Assembly (NCBI GenBank): GCA_964589975.1
Contig: CAZPVH010000001.1
Span: forward strand, 100,853 to 164,852
DNA: 64,000 nt
DNA from: an uncultured Candidatus Saccharibacteria bacterium
GTDB lineage: Bacteria > Patescibacteriota > Minisyncoccia > Phycocordibacterales > CSBR16-119
Direction of reading: 5' to 3'
The position numbers and the translations under genes are program-made. Positions within the stretch are counted from its first letter, which is position 1; each line of letters starts with the position of its first letter. The notes beneath the pieces were generated by a model. That model was not told the origin of the DNA and ran no database searches. It saw only the letters and a list, made by a program, of their open reading frames with translations. Of the stretch, positions 26,684 through 36,255 are shown piece after piece.

Positions 26684-27964
26684 TTGTATAATACCGAAAT
26701 GTTAGATATCAAATTTATCAGGGAAAACAAGGACCTGGTCCAAGCTGGCGCGGATAAAAAGAATATAAAAATAGATCTCAACGAGCTTTTGAAGGCAGAT
26801 GATGAGCGTCTGCTTTTTCTTGGGGAGGTTGAAAAGCTGCGAGCCGATCAAAATGATGTTTCTGACAGAATTCCACAGATTACGGATTCGGCGCAGAAGG
26901 CCGAACTCATCAAGTCAATGCAGGTGGTAAAAGAAGATTTGAGGATTAAAGAAGAAAAACTTAAGGCTGTAATGGACGTCTGGCGCGATCTAATGCTTCG
27001 TGTACCTAATATTCCTGATCCAACCTCTCCAGAAGGCTCAGGAGAAGAGGACAACTTGGAAATTAGGACCTGGGGCGAAAAAGCAAAATTTGATTTTGAG
27101 CCAAAAAGTCATGTAGAGATTATGACGGATCTCGGAATGCTTGATCTTGATCGCGGGACAAAGGTTCACGGCTTTCGTGGGTATTTTTTGACGGGTGACG
27201 GGGTTAGGCTTTGCTTTGCTATTTGGAATTACGCCATGGATTTCTGGAGCGCGCGCGGTTTTAATCCCGTAATGCCACCAATCAACGTAAGGCGTGAACC
27301 GCTTCTTGGCTGTGCATTTATCCCCCAAGGCGAAGCCGATATTTACAAAGCCCAAGACGATAGCTATTTTGTAGGTACTTCCGAGGTGCCATTGATGGGG
27401 ATGTATATGAACGAGATCCTCGACGGCTCGAAGCTTCCAGTAAAAATGCTTGGATTTTCTCCTTGCTTTCGTCTTGAAGCTGGCAGCCATGCTAAAGACA
27501 TAAAAGGATTGATCCGCGTCCATGAATTTTATAAGTTTGAACAGGTAATCTTGTGCGCCGGCAATCATGCCGAATCCGTCAGGCAGCACGAAGATGTTCA
27601 GAAAAATATTGAAGATTTTATTCAGTCATTAGAGATACCTTATCAAGTTGTAGATGCATGTACCGGAGACATGGGCTTTGCCAAGGTTCGAATGTACGAT
27701 ACTAATCTTTGGGTTCCAAAAGAAGAAAAGTATCGTGAGATCTCCTCCGCTTCATATTTTCACGACTTCCAGACCAGAAGACTGGGGATCCGTTACAAGG
27801 ACGCTGATGGGAAGATAAACTTCACTCATTCGCTTAACTGTACAGCTATTCCAACTCCGCGAATCCTGGTATCTCTAATTGAGAATTTTCAAAATGCCGA
27901 TGGGTCGGTCCGTGTTCCAACCGTTCTCCAAAAGTACTTCCCGAAAGACGTAATCAAGAAGTAG
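26684..27964 (+). CDS. serS: Seryl-tRNA synthetase
   Basis: MLDIKFIREN... N-terminal coiled-coil followed by a class II catalytic core. The alternative start is MLDIKF at 26699. Confidence 0.85.
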   Translation: MYNTEMLDIKFIRENKDLVQAGADKKNIKIDLNELLKADDERLLFLGEVEKLRADQNDVSDRIPQITDSAQKAELIKSMQVVKEDLRIKEEKLKAVMDVWRDLMLRVPNIPDPTSPEGSGEEDNLEIRTWGEKAKFDFEPKSHVEIMTDLGMLDLDRGTKVHGFRGYFLTGDGVRLCFAIWNYAMDFWSARGFNPVMPPINVRREPLLGCAFIPQGEADIYKAQDDSYFVGTSEVPLMGMYMNEILDGSKLPVKMLGFSPCFRLEAGSHAKDIKGLIRVHEFYKFEQVILCAGNHAESVRQHEDVQKNIEDFIQSLEIPYQVVDACTGDMGFAKVRMYDTNLWVPKEEKYREISSASYFHDFQTRRLGIRYKDADGKINFTHSLNCTAIPTPRILVSLIENFQNADGSVRVPTVLQKYFPKDVIKK

Positions 27965-27967
27965 TCT

Positions 27968-28852
27968 ATGAGGGAAGTGGTTCAGAGAGCTTCGCCGATA
28001 AAGAAGGAAAAAAGAAGAAGATTCTTTTCAAAGTTCTTGTTTTTTTTATTTATTACGGTGATTCTTTTTATCGGCGTTGGTATTGTTTCAGGAATTCCTA
28101 AATTTGTGATAAATGAAGCGGAAGTCGACGGAACAGAATCTTTGGACAAGGCGGAAGTTGCGCAGAAAGTTTTGGCTAGTCTCTCCGGTAAGAAGCTTTT
28201 CTTCTATTCAAAGGCGAATATCTTTCTTTTCTCAAAGAGTGAGCTGGCCAGTTTTATCTCCAAAGAGTTTCCTCGCATCTACCAGATAGTATCGGTCAAT
28301 CGTCTTGGTCAAAAGCTAGAAGTCAGGATTGAGGAGAGGCATGCCGTCTATACCTGGTGTGGATATGAGGCGCCGGCGTATTCCTCCAGATGGCAGAGAG
28401 GGAAATGTTATTTCTTGGACCAAAAAGGATTTGCTTTTGCCGAGGCTCCTAATTTTTCTGAAGGAGTATATCTTTCAATATATGGCGGCTTATCCACAGG
28501 GAAGACAATCATAGGAGAGACAATAAATCTTAAAAACAACATTTCTGATGTTTCAAAAATGTTAGCAATACTCGAAGATAATGGACTACCGGTGCACTCG
28601 CTGGTGCTTGGGCCGGACGGTCAGCATCAGTTTCTTCTGGATACATATTCACTTACTGGAGATTATGCCAAAATACTTTGGAATGAAGACGCGCCTCTAA
28701 ATGATACGCTTCAAAAACTTGGCGCGGCGATTTCCGAAGAGAAGTTTCAAAATGATTGGGAAGAGCGCAAGGAGCGCCTTTTGTATGTTGACACTCGTTT
28801 CAACAATAGAGTATTCTACAAATTCCAAAATGAAGAAAATATCATTGAATAG
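27968..28852 (+). CDS. FtsQ/DivIB-like cell division protein (N-terminal TM plus POTRA-like domain)
   Basis: Basic N-terminus, TM FLFFLFITVILFIGVGIV. POTRA-like KFVINEAEVDGTESL...IYQIVSVNRLGQKLEVRIEERHAVYTW. Confidence 0.45.
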   Translation: MREVVQRASPIKKEKRRRFFSKFLFFLFITVILFIGVGIVSGIPKFVINEAEVDGTESLDKAEVAQKVLASLSGKKLFFYSKANIFLFSKSELASFISKEFPRIYQIVSVNRLGQKLEVRIEERHAVYTWCGYEAPAYSSRWQRGKCYFLDQKGFAFAEAPNFSEGVYLSIYGGLSTGKTIIGETINLKNNISDVSKMLAILEDNGLPVHSLVLGPDGQHQFLLDTYSLTGDYAKILWNEDAPLNDTLQKLGAAISEEKFQNDWEERKERLLYVDTRFNNRVFYKFQNEENIIE

Positions 28853-29816
28853 TGGTGGATTCTGGAAAAAGCTTCGCGAAAAGAAGCCCTTCTTTGTTTT
28901 GGCCCCAATGGCCGATGTCACAGACTGTGTTTTTAGAAATCTTATTGCAGAAAATGGCAAGCCGGATGTAATGTGGACCGAGTTTGTTTCAGCGGATGGA
29001 TTAGCTTCAGAGAAGGGTCGCCAGGCACTCATCATTGATCTCAAATTCTCAGAGGTTGAACGCCCTATTGTGGCGCAGCTCTTTGGCGGAAATCCGGAAA
29101 ACATGGAGTTTGCCTCACGTCTTTGCGCAGATCTCGGCTTCGATGGCATCGATATAAACATGGGTTGTCCTGATAGGTCTATAGAAAAGTCTAAAAGCGG
29201 CGCGTACTCAATTAGAGATCCCAAGCTTGCAAAAGAGGTTATGCTTGCCGCTAGGCGCGGCGCCGGAAATTTGCCTGTCAGTATAAAAACTAGAATCGGC
29301 TACAATAAGATTGAATGGGACTGGATTAAGGAAGTCCTATCTTGGCAATTACCAGCAGTAACTTTTCATCTTCGTACTAGAAAAGAAATGTCATTAGTTG
29401 CCGCTCACTGGGAGCTTATGCCGGAAATCATAAAATTGCGCGATGAGATCTCGCCTGAAACTCTAGTGATAGGGAACGGCGACGCAAAAGATATTGAAGA
29501 CGGGAGGAAAAAAGCGGTGGCGTCCGATGCAGACGGCATCATGCTAGGTCGTGCTATTTTTGGACGACCTTGGTTATTTGATCAAAACAAAACATTCACC
29601 AGCGTCAGAGAGCGATTGGTTGCCATGCTCCAACACACGAAGAGATTCGTTGAGGTTTTAGGCGAGTATAAAAATTTCGCCATCATGAAGAAACACTACA
29701 AGGCTTATGTGAATAATTGGGATGGCGCTAAAGAGCTTCGGATGTCTTTAATGGACGCCGAAAGCTATGAAGAAATAGAAAAAATTACAAAAGATTATCT
29801 GAAGAATGTAAATTAG
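28830..29816 (+). CDS. tRNA-dihydrouridine synthase
   Basis: FFVLAPMADVTDCVFRNL...VAQLFGGNPENM...DGIDINMGCP Dus TIM-barrel motifs. The start is taken at MKKISLN (28830), which overlaps the upstream gene end by 23 nt. The ORF is open from 28701. Confidence 0.8.
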   Translation: MKKISLNSGGFWKKLREKKPFFVLAPMADVTDCVFRNLIAENGKPDVMWTEFVSADGLASEKGRQALIIDLKFSEVERPIVAQLFGGNPENMEFASRLCADLGFDGIDINMGCPDRSIEKSKSGAYSIRDPKLAKEVMLAARRGAGNLPVSIKTRIGYNKIEWDWIKEVLSWQLPAVTFHLRTRKEMSLVAAHWELMPEIIKLRDEISPETLVIGNGDAKDIEDGRKKAVASDADGIMLGRAIFGRPWLFDQNKTFTSVRERLVAMLQHTKRFVEVLGEYKNFAIMKKHYKAYVNNWDGAKELRMSLMDAESYEEIEKITKDYLKNVN

Positions 29817-29825
29817 CTGACTTTC

Positions 29826-29853
29826 TTGACGACCATTCTTCTCTTGTTATAAT
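29826..29853 (+). promoter_or_regulatory. Near-consensus sigma-70-like promoter
   Basis: TTGACG (29826-29831), 16-bp spacer, TATAAT (29848-29853). Confidence 0.5.
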
Positions 29854-29898
29854 CTGGTTGTGGTCTCTGGATCACCATTACAAATAGCTCATAATCAT

Positions 29899-30057
29899 AT
29901 GGTAGAAACAGAATTTTTGAAGACTCTCGCAATTGACGCAGATTTGGAAGAAGAGGAGACCGTTGGCGACGATATGGATGCAGATACAGACGAGGATGAG
30001 GACGAAGATGAAATTGACAGTGATGAAGGAAGTGACGAAGGTGCCGGGGATCTATAA
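29899..30057 (+). CDS. Small, extremely acidic protein (52 aa) upstream of dnaX
   Basis: MVETEFLKTLAIDADLEEEETVGDDMDADTDEDEDEDEIDSDEGSDEGAGDL. It is preceded by the strong promoter above and followed by a terminator. The ORF track begins at a GTG at 29860. Confidence 0.4.
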   Translation: MVETEFLKTLAIDADLEEEETVGDDMDADTDEDEDEDEIDSDEGSDEGAGDL

Positions 30058-30073
30058 TTAGTTAAAATATAGT

Positions 30074-30102
30074 AAAAGCGCCCTTTTGGGCGCTTTTACT
30101 AT
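30074..30102 (+). terminator. Rho-independent terminator
   Basis: aaagcgccc-tttt-gggcgctttt. Confidence 0.65.
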
Positions 30103-30121
30103 ATTTGTTATAATCTGAGCC

Positions 30122-31153
30122 ATGTCAGAGATTGCTTTGTATAGAAAATACCGGCCAGAGGCCTGGAAGGAGGTTCTGGGTCAGGAACATATTGTAAAAG
30201 TTTTGCAGGGTGCGCTCGCGCTTGGCAATGTTGCGCATGCGTACCTCTTTTTCGGTTCTCGTGGAACAGGCAAGACCACTGTGGCCAGGATTGTCGCGCG
30301 CGAGCTTGGAGTTTCCGAAAATGATACTTTCGAAATAGATGCCGCATCGAATGGTGGTATCGATGAGATTCGCGCGCTTCAGGAAAATATTGCGACACTT
30401 CCTTTTGACTCCAAATACAAAGTTTATATTTTCGATGAAGTTCACATGTTGTCGAAAGCTGCTTGGAACGCGATGCTAAAAACGCTCGAGGAACCGCCAG
30501 CCCATGTCGTGTTTATTTTAGCTACCACCGAAATAGAAAAAGTCCCTGAAACAATCATATCTCGCTGCCAAGTCTTTACTTTTAAAAAGCCAAACACCAA
30601 AATCTTGAAACAGATGGTTGAGGGCGTGGCCAAGAGCGAAGGCTGGAAAATCGATGCCGCCGGCGCCGAGCTCATATCGATTCTCGGAGACGGATCTTTC
30701 CGCGACACGCATGGTATTCTGCAGAAAGTGATGTCGTTCTCAAAAGACAAGAAGATTAGTTCACAGGAAATTGAAGCAGTTACAAACGCGCCTTCGGGTA
30801 TGCTGGCAGTCAGTCTCTTGAAAAGCATCGCTGAAAAAGATCTAGCGGGTGGACTTGAACTTATTTCAAAGGCGGCTGAACAAAATATCGATATGGCTTT
30901 ATTTTTGAAACTTTCCGTCATGAGGCTGCGCACGGCGCTTCTTTTACGCTACGCTCCTGAGATGAAAAATGAGCTTTTCGAATCCATGACCGACGGCGAG
31001 CGAGACGCCATAACTCTGGTTTTAAAAACAAAAGGATCCAATCTGTCTTCGAAGACTTTAGAAATTCTCTTGGAAACGGGGGAGAAAATAAAATACGCCA
31101 GTGTTTCGACATTGCCTCTGGAACTCGCGCTCATAAAAATAATCGAGGAATAA
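30122..31153 (+). CDS. dnaX: DNA polymerase III subunit gamma/tau, short form (343 aa)
   Basis: YRKYRPEAWKEVLGQEHIVKVL...FFGSRGTGKTT Walker A. IYIFDEVHML. DnaX-type AAA+ clamp-loader core without a tau extension. Confidence 0.8.
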   Translation: MSEIALYRKYRPEAWKEVLGQEHIVKVLQGALALGNVAHAYLFFGSRGTGKTTVARIVARELGVSENDTFEIDAASNGGIDEIRALQENIATLPFDSKYKVYIFDEVHMLSKAAWNAMLKTLEEPPAHVVFILATTEIEKVPETIISRCQVFTFKKPNTKILKQMVEGVAKSEGWKIDAAGAELISILGDGSFRDTHGILQKVMSFSKDKKISSQEIEAVTNAPSGMLAVSLLKSIAEKDLAGGLELISKAAEQNIDMALFLKLSVMRLRTALLLRYAPEMKNELFESMTDGERDAITLVLKTKGSNLSSKTLEILLETGEKIKYASVSTLPLELALIKIIEE

Positions 31154-31154
31154 G

Positions 31155-31190
31155 AAAGCCCCGCGTCATGCGCGGGGCTTTTCCTTTTGT
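31155..31190. terminator. Bidirectional terminator between dnaX and rpoD
   Basis: aaagccccgcg-tcat-gcgcggggcttttcctttt. Confidence 0.7.
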
Positions 31191-31199
31191 ACTGTGTTC

Positions 31200-32132
31200 T
31201 CATCCGAGATAGGCCTTGAGGAGCTTGCCTCGACTGAAATGTCTGAGGCGTCGGATGCCCTTTTCCTTGATCTGGCGGACGCGTTCGCGGGTCAGGTCGA
31301 ATTTGGCGCCGATCTCGTCCAGCGTGAGACCGTGGTTCATGCCAATCCCAAAGTACAGCCTTACGACATCACCCTCACGTCCGGAAAGCATACTGAGCGC
31401 GCGTTCAATCTCTTCTGACATGCTGCCATTCATGATCAGGTCATCGGCTTGAGGACCCTTTTCGTCCTTCATGACATCGAGCAGTGTTGATTCCTCTCCA
31501 TCTCGGAGCGGCGCATCAAGACTCGTGTGTCTGCCGCCGCCAAGCTTGAGGGCTGTCTCAATGTTGTCCACAGGGAGATCAAGCAGCGCAGAGAGCTCTT
31601 CTGCTGTCGGCATACGCTCGAATTCCTGCTCGAGCTTTGCCACAGCCTTGTTGATCTTGTTCATCGAACCGATCTGGTTAAGCGGTAGTCGCACGATTCG
31701 CGCCTGTTCGGCCAACGCTTGGAGGATGCTTTGGCGTATCCACCAAACGGCGTAGCTGATGAACTTGAAGCCGCGAGTTTCGTCAAAACGCTTTGCCGCC
31801 TTAATGAGACCATGGTTGCCTTCGCTGATGAGATCAGGAAGAGAGAGTCCCTGATTTTGGTACTGCTTTGCAACAGATACCACGAATCGCGTGTTCGCTT
31901 TCACCAGTTTCTCCAGCGCGTCCTCGTCGCCTTGTTTGATGCGGACAGCGAGCTCAACTTCCTGTTGGGCCGTAATGAGAGGCAGTCTTCCGATCTCGTG
32001 GAGATACTTGTCGAGCGACCTGTCTTCGCGATTGGTAAGCGTCTTTGTGATCTTTAATTGGCGCATTCTGGCCATATGTATGGAGCTGTTGGTTTCAGTT
32101 ACCATAACATTCAGCCTGATAGATGTCAACAT
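31200..32132 (-). CDS. rpoD: RNA polymerase sigma factor, group 1/2 sigma-70 family
   Basis: Region 2 [55 protein letters not shown]. Region 4 [30 protein letters not shown]. Several possible start codons within the first 27 codons. Confidence 0.8.
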   Translation of the reverse strand: MLTSIRLNVMVTETNSSIHMARMRQLKITKTLTNREDRSLDKYLHEIGRLPLITAQQEVELAVRIKQGDEDALEKLVKANTRFVVSVAKQYQNQGLSLPDLISEGNHGLIKAAKRFDETRGFKFISYAVWWIRQSILQALAEQARIVRLPLNQIGSMNKINKAVAKLEQEFERMPTAEELSALLDLPVDNIETALKLGGGRHTSLDAPLRDGEESTLLDVMKDEKGPQADDLIMNGSMSEEIERALSMLSGREGDVVRLYFGIGMNHGLTLDEIGAKFDLTRERVRQIKEKGIRRLRHFSRGKLLKAYLG

Positions 32133-32160
32133 AAAAGCCCCCGGTGAAAGGGGCTTTTAT

Positions 32161-32574
32161 TTATGCGGCTTGGCTGTGATCTATTTCTTCGATTGGAGGA
32201 TCTATTGGTTTAATTTTTCTTGGATCTTCTTTTACGATAATTCCGCCACCTTTTAAGATCATTTCTTCAGTAGTGGCGAAATCAACTTTGTCGTCTGTGC
32301 ACCAAACAGTGCCGGTATAACCGTCAGTCGTTTTTTCTATTTTTACCGGGTGCTCTTTTTCATCGAATACATCAAGGACAGAAGGGTCTTCGAAATGAAA
32401 AATAAACCAAGGTTTAAGCGCGTCCCCTTCACTCCTCTCCGGATGTTCCGCCAAGAATAGATTATTCGCTAGATGATTTTCATCAATAGGGGAAAAACTC
32501 TTGTGTACGGATTCAATACCAGGCCTGTTAGGAGCCGCCTCATTCTTTTGTCCGCCAATGCCGAAAAGTCCCAT
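32161..32574 (-). CDS. Hypothetical protein
   Basis: 137-aa ORF between the aquaporin gene and rpoD. A hairpin terminator sits at its 3' end (32133-32160). No family recognised. Confidence 0.45.
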   Translation of the reverse strand: MGLFGIGGQKNEAAPNRPGIESVHKSFSPIDENHLANNLFLAEHPERSEGDALKPWFIFHFEDPSVLDVFDEKEHPVKIEKTTDGYTGTVWCTDDKVDFATTEEMILKGGGIIVKEDPRKIKPIDPPIEEIDHSQAA

Positions 32575-32579
32575 GTGAA

Positions 32580-33176
32580 TTATTTATTACCCTGTCCCAA
32601 GAATTTGTAGATGAGCATACCGATAACCGATCCGATAAATGGAGCGACGAGGTATGGGATGGCCCAGATGTGCACGCCGAGAGCGATAGCAGGGTTGATG
32701 ACTCCGTATGATCCGAGTCCACCGCCGATGTATGCGCCCATGATGAGAGATAGACCGATGATAGCCGCAGTCTGCAGTCCACCGCGAGCTTTATCGAGAG
32801 CACCCATGATGCCGAAGGCAAAGATTGCCATACCGATCATTTCGGCAACGAATGAATAAACAGAAAATTCTGTTCTGAATGCTGGTAGCTGTAGCGCCAT
32901 AGCCATGGTTATGGCCCAGACCGCGACGCCAGCAAGTGCCTGAAGGAATATATAGATGAGAGCGTTCTTTAGGCTAATGCGTCGCATAACGAGCATTCCA
33001 AAAGTGACAGCCGGATTGTAGTGTCCGCCTGAAACAGCGCCGATAGTAAAGACAAGCATAGCGAGCGTGAGACCGACCCAGAAGGCGGTCGGCACTCCAG
33101 CGGCGCTAAAAATAGATGCGGTAACTGTAAGCGTCAAGACTAATGTGCCGAAAAATTCAGCAATGTATTTTTTCAT
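32580..33176 (-). CDS. Aquaporin / MIP-family channel (short, 198 aa)
   Basis: Two NPA boxes (GGHYNPAVTFG and GVINPAIALG) in a 6-TM arrangement. Confidence 0.8.
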   Translation of the reverse strand: MKKYIAEFFGTLVLTLTVTASIFSAAGVPTAFWVGLTLAMLVFTIGAVSGGHYNPAVTFGMLVMRRISLKNALIYIFLQALAGVAVWAITMAMALQLPAFRTEFSVYSFVAEMIGMAIFAFGIMGALDKARGGLQTAAIIGLSLIMGAYIGGGLGSYGVINPAIALGVHIWAIPYLVAPFIGSVIGMLIYKFLGQGNK

Positions 33177-33331
33177 GATTCTTTTATAAAGCTATATTAA
33201 TGCGTCTATTATACCAGGGGATGTCCGTCGTGAGAAAGGGGATATATTTCTTGACCGGACACGAACGGAATGTTATTAATTAAAAGACGCAAGTTCATTA
33301 ACCCGGCTTACCCCGGACAAAACCCTACAAG

Positions 33332-33664
33332 ATGCTGACAGCACTTCTCATTGCGGTCGTGGCCGCAGCGAGCCTTGGTATATTTCTCTACGATCGGCGC
33401 AAGATCAAGAAAAGCGGCGCCGCGAAGTTCGAGAAATATCTGATCGACCAGCTTGAGACCGAACTGATTCCGCATTTTGCTACTCGGGACGAGGCTTTGA
33501 GCTTTGTTGCCAAGTTTCAAGATGCCAAGCAGAAAAACTTTGGACCGGTTCATGTTATTGATCTCCAGGTCCTCTGCGACAATGTCGTCTATAGGATGTG
33601 CAATAAAGGCATGATTCCCGAGCGACACTGGCGGAATTGGCCGGTTTTGGTCGAGATGGCATGA
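33332..33664 (+). CDS. Hypothetical membrane-anchored protein
   Basis: N-terminal TM MLTALLIAVVAAASLGIFL. 110 aa. Terminator follows directly. Confidence 0.4.
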   Translation: MLTALLIAVVAAASLGIFLYDRRKIKKSGAAKFEKYLIDQLETELIPHFATRDEALSFVAKFQDAKQKNFGPVHVIDLQVLCDNVVYRMCNKGMIPERHWRNWPVLVEMA

Positions 33665-33700
33665 AAAAGCCCCCGCGCGATGCGCGGGGGCTTTAGCTTT
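33664..33700. terminator. Bidirectional rho-independent terminator
   Basis: aaaagcccccgcgcg-at-gcgcgggggcttt, a 13-bp GC stem. Confidence 0.7.
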
Positions 33701-33703
33701 TCA

Positions 33704-34108
33704 TTACATCTTCACTAGGGGCTGATGAATGCCGAAAACATTCTTTTCCGTGTCGATGTAATATGCCTGCCAAGCCATGCCAGCCAGATCCATTTTTGGT
33801 AGGGCGCAGATTGAACCGGTTTCCTCGAGTTTTTTTATCGTCGCGTCGATATCATCCACGACGATGGTGCAAACATAACCAGTTACGGCTTGTCGTGGCT
33901 TCACCGGATCGCATTCGCCAGGCCGTTTCAAGAGGCCGCCATTGATACCGGTCTCAGTCGAGTCCTTTGGCGCGGTCATGATCATCCAGTATTCTGTGTC
34001 ACTTCCTTTCCACTCGACAAATTCCCAGCCGAAAATTTTTTTATAAAAATCCATTGCTCTCTGTAGATCATCTGCTTGTATTTCAAAATGCGCAACTCTA
34101 TTAGACAT
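33704..34108 (-). CDS. VOC / glyoxalase-bleomycin-resistance family protein
   Basis: MSNRVAHFEIQADDLQRAMDFYKKIFGWEF...YYIDTEKNVFGIHQ fits the paired beta-alpha-beta-beta-beta VOC fold pattern. Confidence 0.65.
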   Translation of the reverse strand: MSNRVAHFEIQADDLQRAMDFYKKIFGWEFVEWKGSDTEYWMIMTAPKDSTETGINGGLLKRPGECDPVKPRQAVTGYVCTIVVDDIDATIKKLEETGSICALPKMDLAGMAWQAYYIDTEKNVFGIHQPLVKM

Positions 34109-34137
34109 ATATAAAAATTAAAATATTAAATGTGATT

Positions 34138-34665
34138 TTATCTTAACATCTCCAAATGTAATTTGCTGCTATCGGTCTTTATTGCATTGAAAATATTTTT
34201 AGAAATTCCAAGTCTTTCGAACCAGTTCTGGAAATATTCAAATAATTCTGCTGAGCGTTCATGCTTGCCAAAATGATATTGCATAAAATCTTTGTAATTC
34301 TGGATTTTATCGGCAATCAGCATTTGATTAACTTCAGTAAGTGGACTAAGAGCTATTTCTTCAAGGCTAATAATTTTTCTTCGACTTAGGTATGCATTGG
34401 CAATATTCCTGTATTCCATTGTTAAAGCAACGATCTTCGGATCAAATTCTGAAATTCTAGAAATATTCTTGAGTACATCTTCATCACTCTGAAAAAGTGG
34501 ATGAAGGCAATAGGCTCTCTGGGTATATTCTGAAGCGTTTATGGCTTTAAGAATCTCCAAGCCTTCATTTATGTGATTAATAAGTAAAACACCGCTTCGG
34601 GCAGTTGTTTGTCCTCCATAGTATTTTTTGATCGCTTCGTATTCTTTAGAAGGAGTATCTTTCAT
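34138..34665 (-). CDS. Hypothetical protein
   Basis: 175 aa with SD-like AGGAG upstream (rc of ctcct at 34651-34655). No family recognised. Confidence 0.5.
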   Translation of the reverse strand: MKDTPSKEYEAIKKYYGGQTTARSGVLLINHINEGLEILKAINASEYTQRAYCLHPLFQSDEDVLKNISRISEFDPKIVALTMEYRNIANAYLSRRKIISLEEIALSPLTEVNQMLIADKIQNYKDFMQYHFGKHERSAELFEYFQNWFERLGISKNIFNAIKTDSSKLHLEMLR

Positions 34666-34668
34666 GTG

Positions 34669-34739
34669 CTACCGGGCAGGGACTCGAACCCCAATTAACA
34701 GGACCAAAACCTGCTGTCCTACCATTAGACGACCCGGTA
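34669..34739 (-). tRNA. tRNA-Gln (anticodon UUG)
   Basis: The reverse complement gives TACCGGG-TC-GTCT-AATGGTA-GGAC-A-GCAGG-TTTTGGT-CCTGT-TAAT-TGGGG-TTCGAGT-CCCTG-CCCGGTA-G. It has a 7-bp acceptor stem, a TTCGAGT T-loop and anticodon loop TT-TTG-GT. CCA is not encoded. Confidence 0.75.
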
Positions 34740-34779
34740 ATGACGTCATTTTGCCTTAAAACATACTTTTTATCAAGAA

Positions 34780-34810
34780 AAGAAAAGCCCCGCGGTTGCG
34801 GGGTTTTTCA
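34780..34810. terminator. Bidirectional rho-independent terminator
   Basis: aaaagccccgcgg-tt-gcggggttttt. Confidence 0.65.
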
Positions 34811-34815
34811 AAAGA

Positions 34816-35391
34816 TCAGAATTGCGCGCGCGGGACGGTACGGTAAGCGGGCTTTCTCAGCGAGAACAAAATAAGAACCGCGCAGAGGAAGGTCGTGCAT
34901 CCGGCGTAAAGCCTTTCCTCGATGGTCCAATCCTTACCTGCGTACAGGGACATAGCATTCGCTATTAGGAAAAGCGTGTAGATACCGGTCGGGGTGGATT
35001 CGGGCTTTTTCCACGTGTCGACGCCCTGCGGAACAGAAGCGATCACGACTGCTAGGCTGCTGGCTACAGTCCCAGCCTCTGGTCCTATCGCATACCACAC
35101 GAAAAGGCAGACCAACACCAGAAACGTTGTGACTGACTCGACCCATGTCCAGGAAACCTGCTTCTTGAAAGCGAGACACGTGGTGACGATCGAAGCGCTG
35201 CAAGCATAAGCGAGGGGAAGCGCGTAATTTCCTTTCTGGATTATGGTTGTTGTGGCCGCAATGATGTCCAGGAGGGCCCATAGGAAGAAGGCGGCAAAGT
35301 TTTGCTGCACAGTTCCCTTTAAGATTCGGTAAATGAGCGGTGCATTAGCGCCTAGGCCAATGATCGCAGCGAGGAGTTGTAAACGATCCAT
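34816..35391 (-). CDS. Hypothetical polytopic membrane protein
   Basis: 191 aa with five or six hydrophobic segments. No family recognised. Confidence 0.5.
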   Translation of the reverse strand: MDRLQLLAAIIGLGANAPLIYRILKGTVQQNFAAFFLWALLDIIAATTTIIQKGNYALPLAYACSASIVTTCLAFKKQVSWTWVESVTTFLVLVCLFVWYAIGPEAGTVASSLAVVIASVPQGVDTWKKPESTPTGIYTLFLIANAMSLYAGKDWTIEERLYAGCTTFLCAVLILFSLRKPAYRTVPRAQF

Positions 35392-35470
35392 TGGTTCCGG
35401 TTTTGAAAGATATTGTCATAATTCTCTGACACCGTCAACTAAAACAATTATTCTTTTAATTAAAAATAAG

Positions 35471-35818
35471 ATGGTAGAATTGGCGCACATTCTAATGATG
35501 GAGAATACTCAAATAAAACAACTCACAGAAAATGCCAAGAAGGTGATGCAAATGTATCAGAAGGAATTTCCGGATGTGAAAATGGATCGTGACTACTTGC
35601 CGTTTAAAATCACCGAAGAGTGGGGCGAATGTTTGCAGGCGTATCTCATGCTCACCGATCGCGGACGCCAGAAAGGGAAGTCGAAAGAGGATATCAAGGA
35701 ACTTCTGTCCCAGGAGTTCGCAGACGTCTTCGCCTACCTTCTTCTTTTTGCCGAAAGCGAAGGAGTAGACTTGGCAGAATCTATCGATAAGAAATGGTTT
35801 TCGTATTTGAAAAGATAG
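35471..35818 (+). CDS. MazG-like nucleotide pyrophosphohydrolase (all-alpha NTP-PPase)
   Basis: ITEEWGECLQAYL (EExGE motif) and EFADVFAYLLLFAESEGVDL. The start is chosen at MVELAH (35471). The ORF is open from 35333 but overlaps the divergent gene. Confidence 0.45.
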   Translation: MVELAHILMMENTQIKQLTENAKKVMQMYQKEFPDVKMDRDYLPFKITEEWGECLQAYLMLTDRGRQKGKSKEDIKELLSQEFADVFAYLLLFAESEGVDLAESIDKKWFSYLKR

Positions 35819-35845
35819 TTAAAAACTTTCTCGTCTAACTAAAAC

Positions 35846-35872
35846 AAAAACCCGGGCATGTGTCCCGGGCTT
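35846..35872. terminator. Terminator hairpin, strongest on the minus strand
   Basis: Palindromic cccggg-catgtgt-cccggg. The minus strand continues TTTTTGTTTT directly after the stop of CDS 35871..36215. Confidence 0.55.
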
Positions 35873-36215
35873 ATGTCTTCGGTTTTTTTGGGCGCCGCTT
35901 CCTGTTAAGGAATATCCGGAAAAGGGAGAAGAGAACGGTCAGGCCTGCGCAAGTCGCGACTGCCCAGAGTAAGCCAAAGAACATCCACCCGAGCATCGCC
36001 GCCGTAAAAAGTAGAAATAGATAGAGTACGAAAGCAATGACTTTCTTGAATACCTCCATCTCAAGCATGTAAATCTTGTGCAGTTGCGCTTTTCGTTCTT
36101 CGCGTGCGCGTATCAGGTTGTATACAGCGTCCTGGCCAATCTCTGTCGCCTCCATTAGGTCTGCGTCCTGGAGCTGTTCTCTGAGCATGGGATCATCAAA
36201 GCCCGTTGTTTTCAT
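35871..36215 (-). CDS. Small membrane protein, hypothetical
   Basis: 114 aa with two TM segments and a basic C-terminus RKRRPKKPKT. Confidence 0.45.
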   Translation of the reverse strand: MKTTGFDDPMLREQLQDADLMEATEIGQDAVYNLIRAREERKAQLHKIYMLEMEVFKKVIAFVLYLFLLFTAAMLGWMFFGLLWAVATCAGLTVLFSLFRIFLNRKRRPKKPKT

Positions 36216-36255
36216 TTGAACACGGTTTTACAGAAATTATATTCCAAATTAACAA

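Noticed and set aside
34138-34665. Calling the 175-aa protein next to tRNA-Gln an HD-domain hydrolase
   Set aside because: It contains His-rich segments (LHPLF, HFGKHE) but no clear H...HD...D motif series, so it is left as hypothetical.
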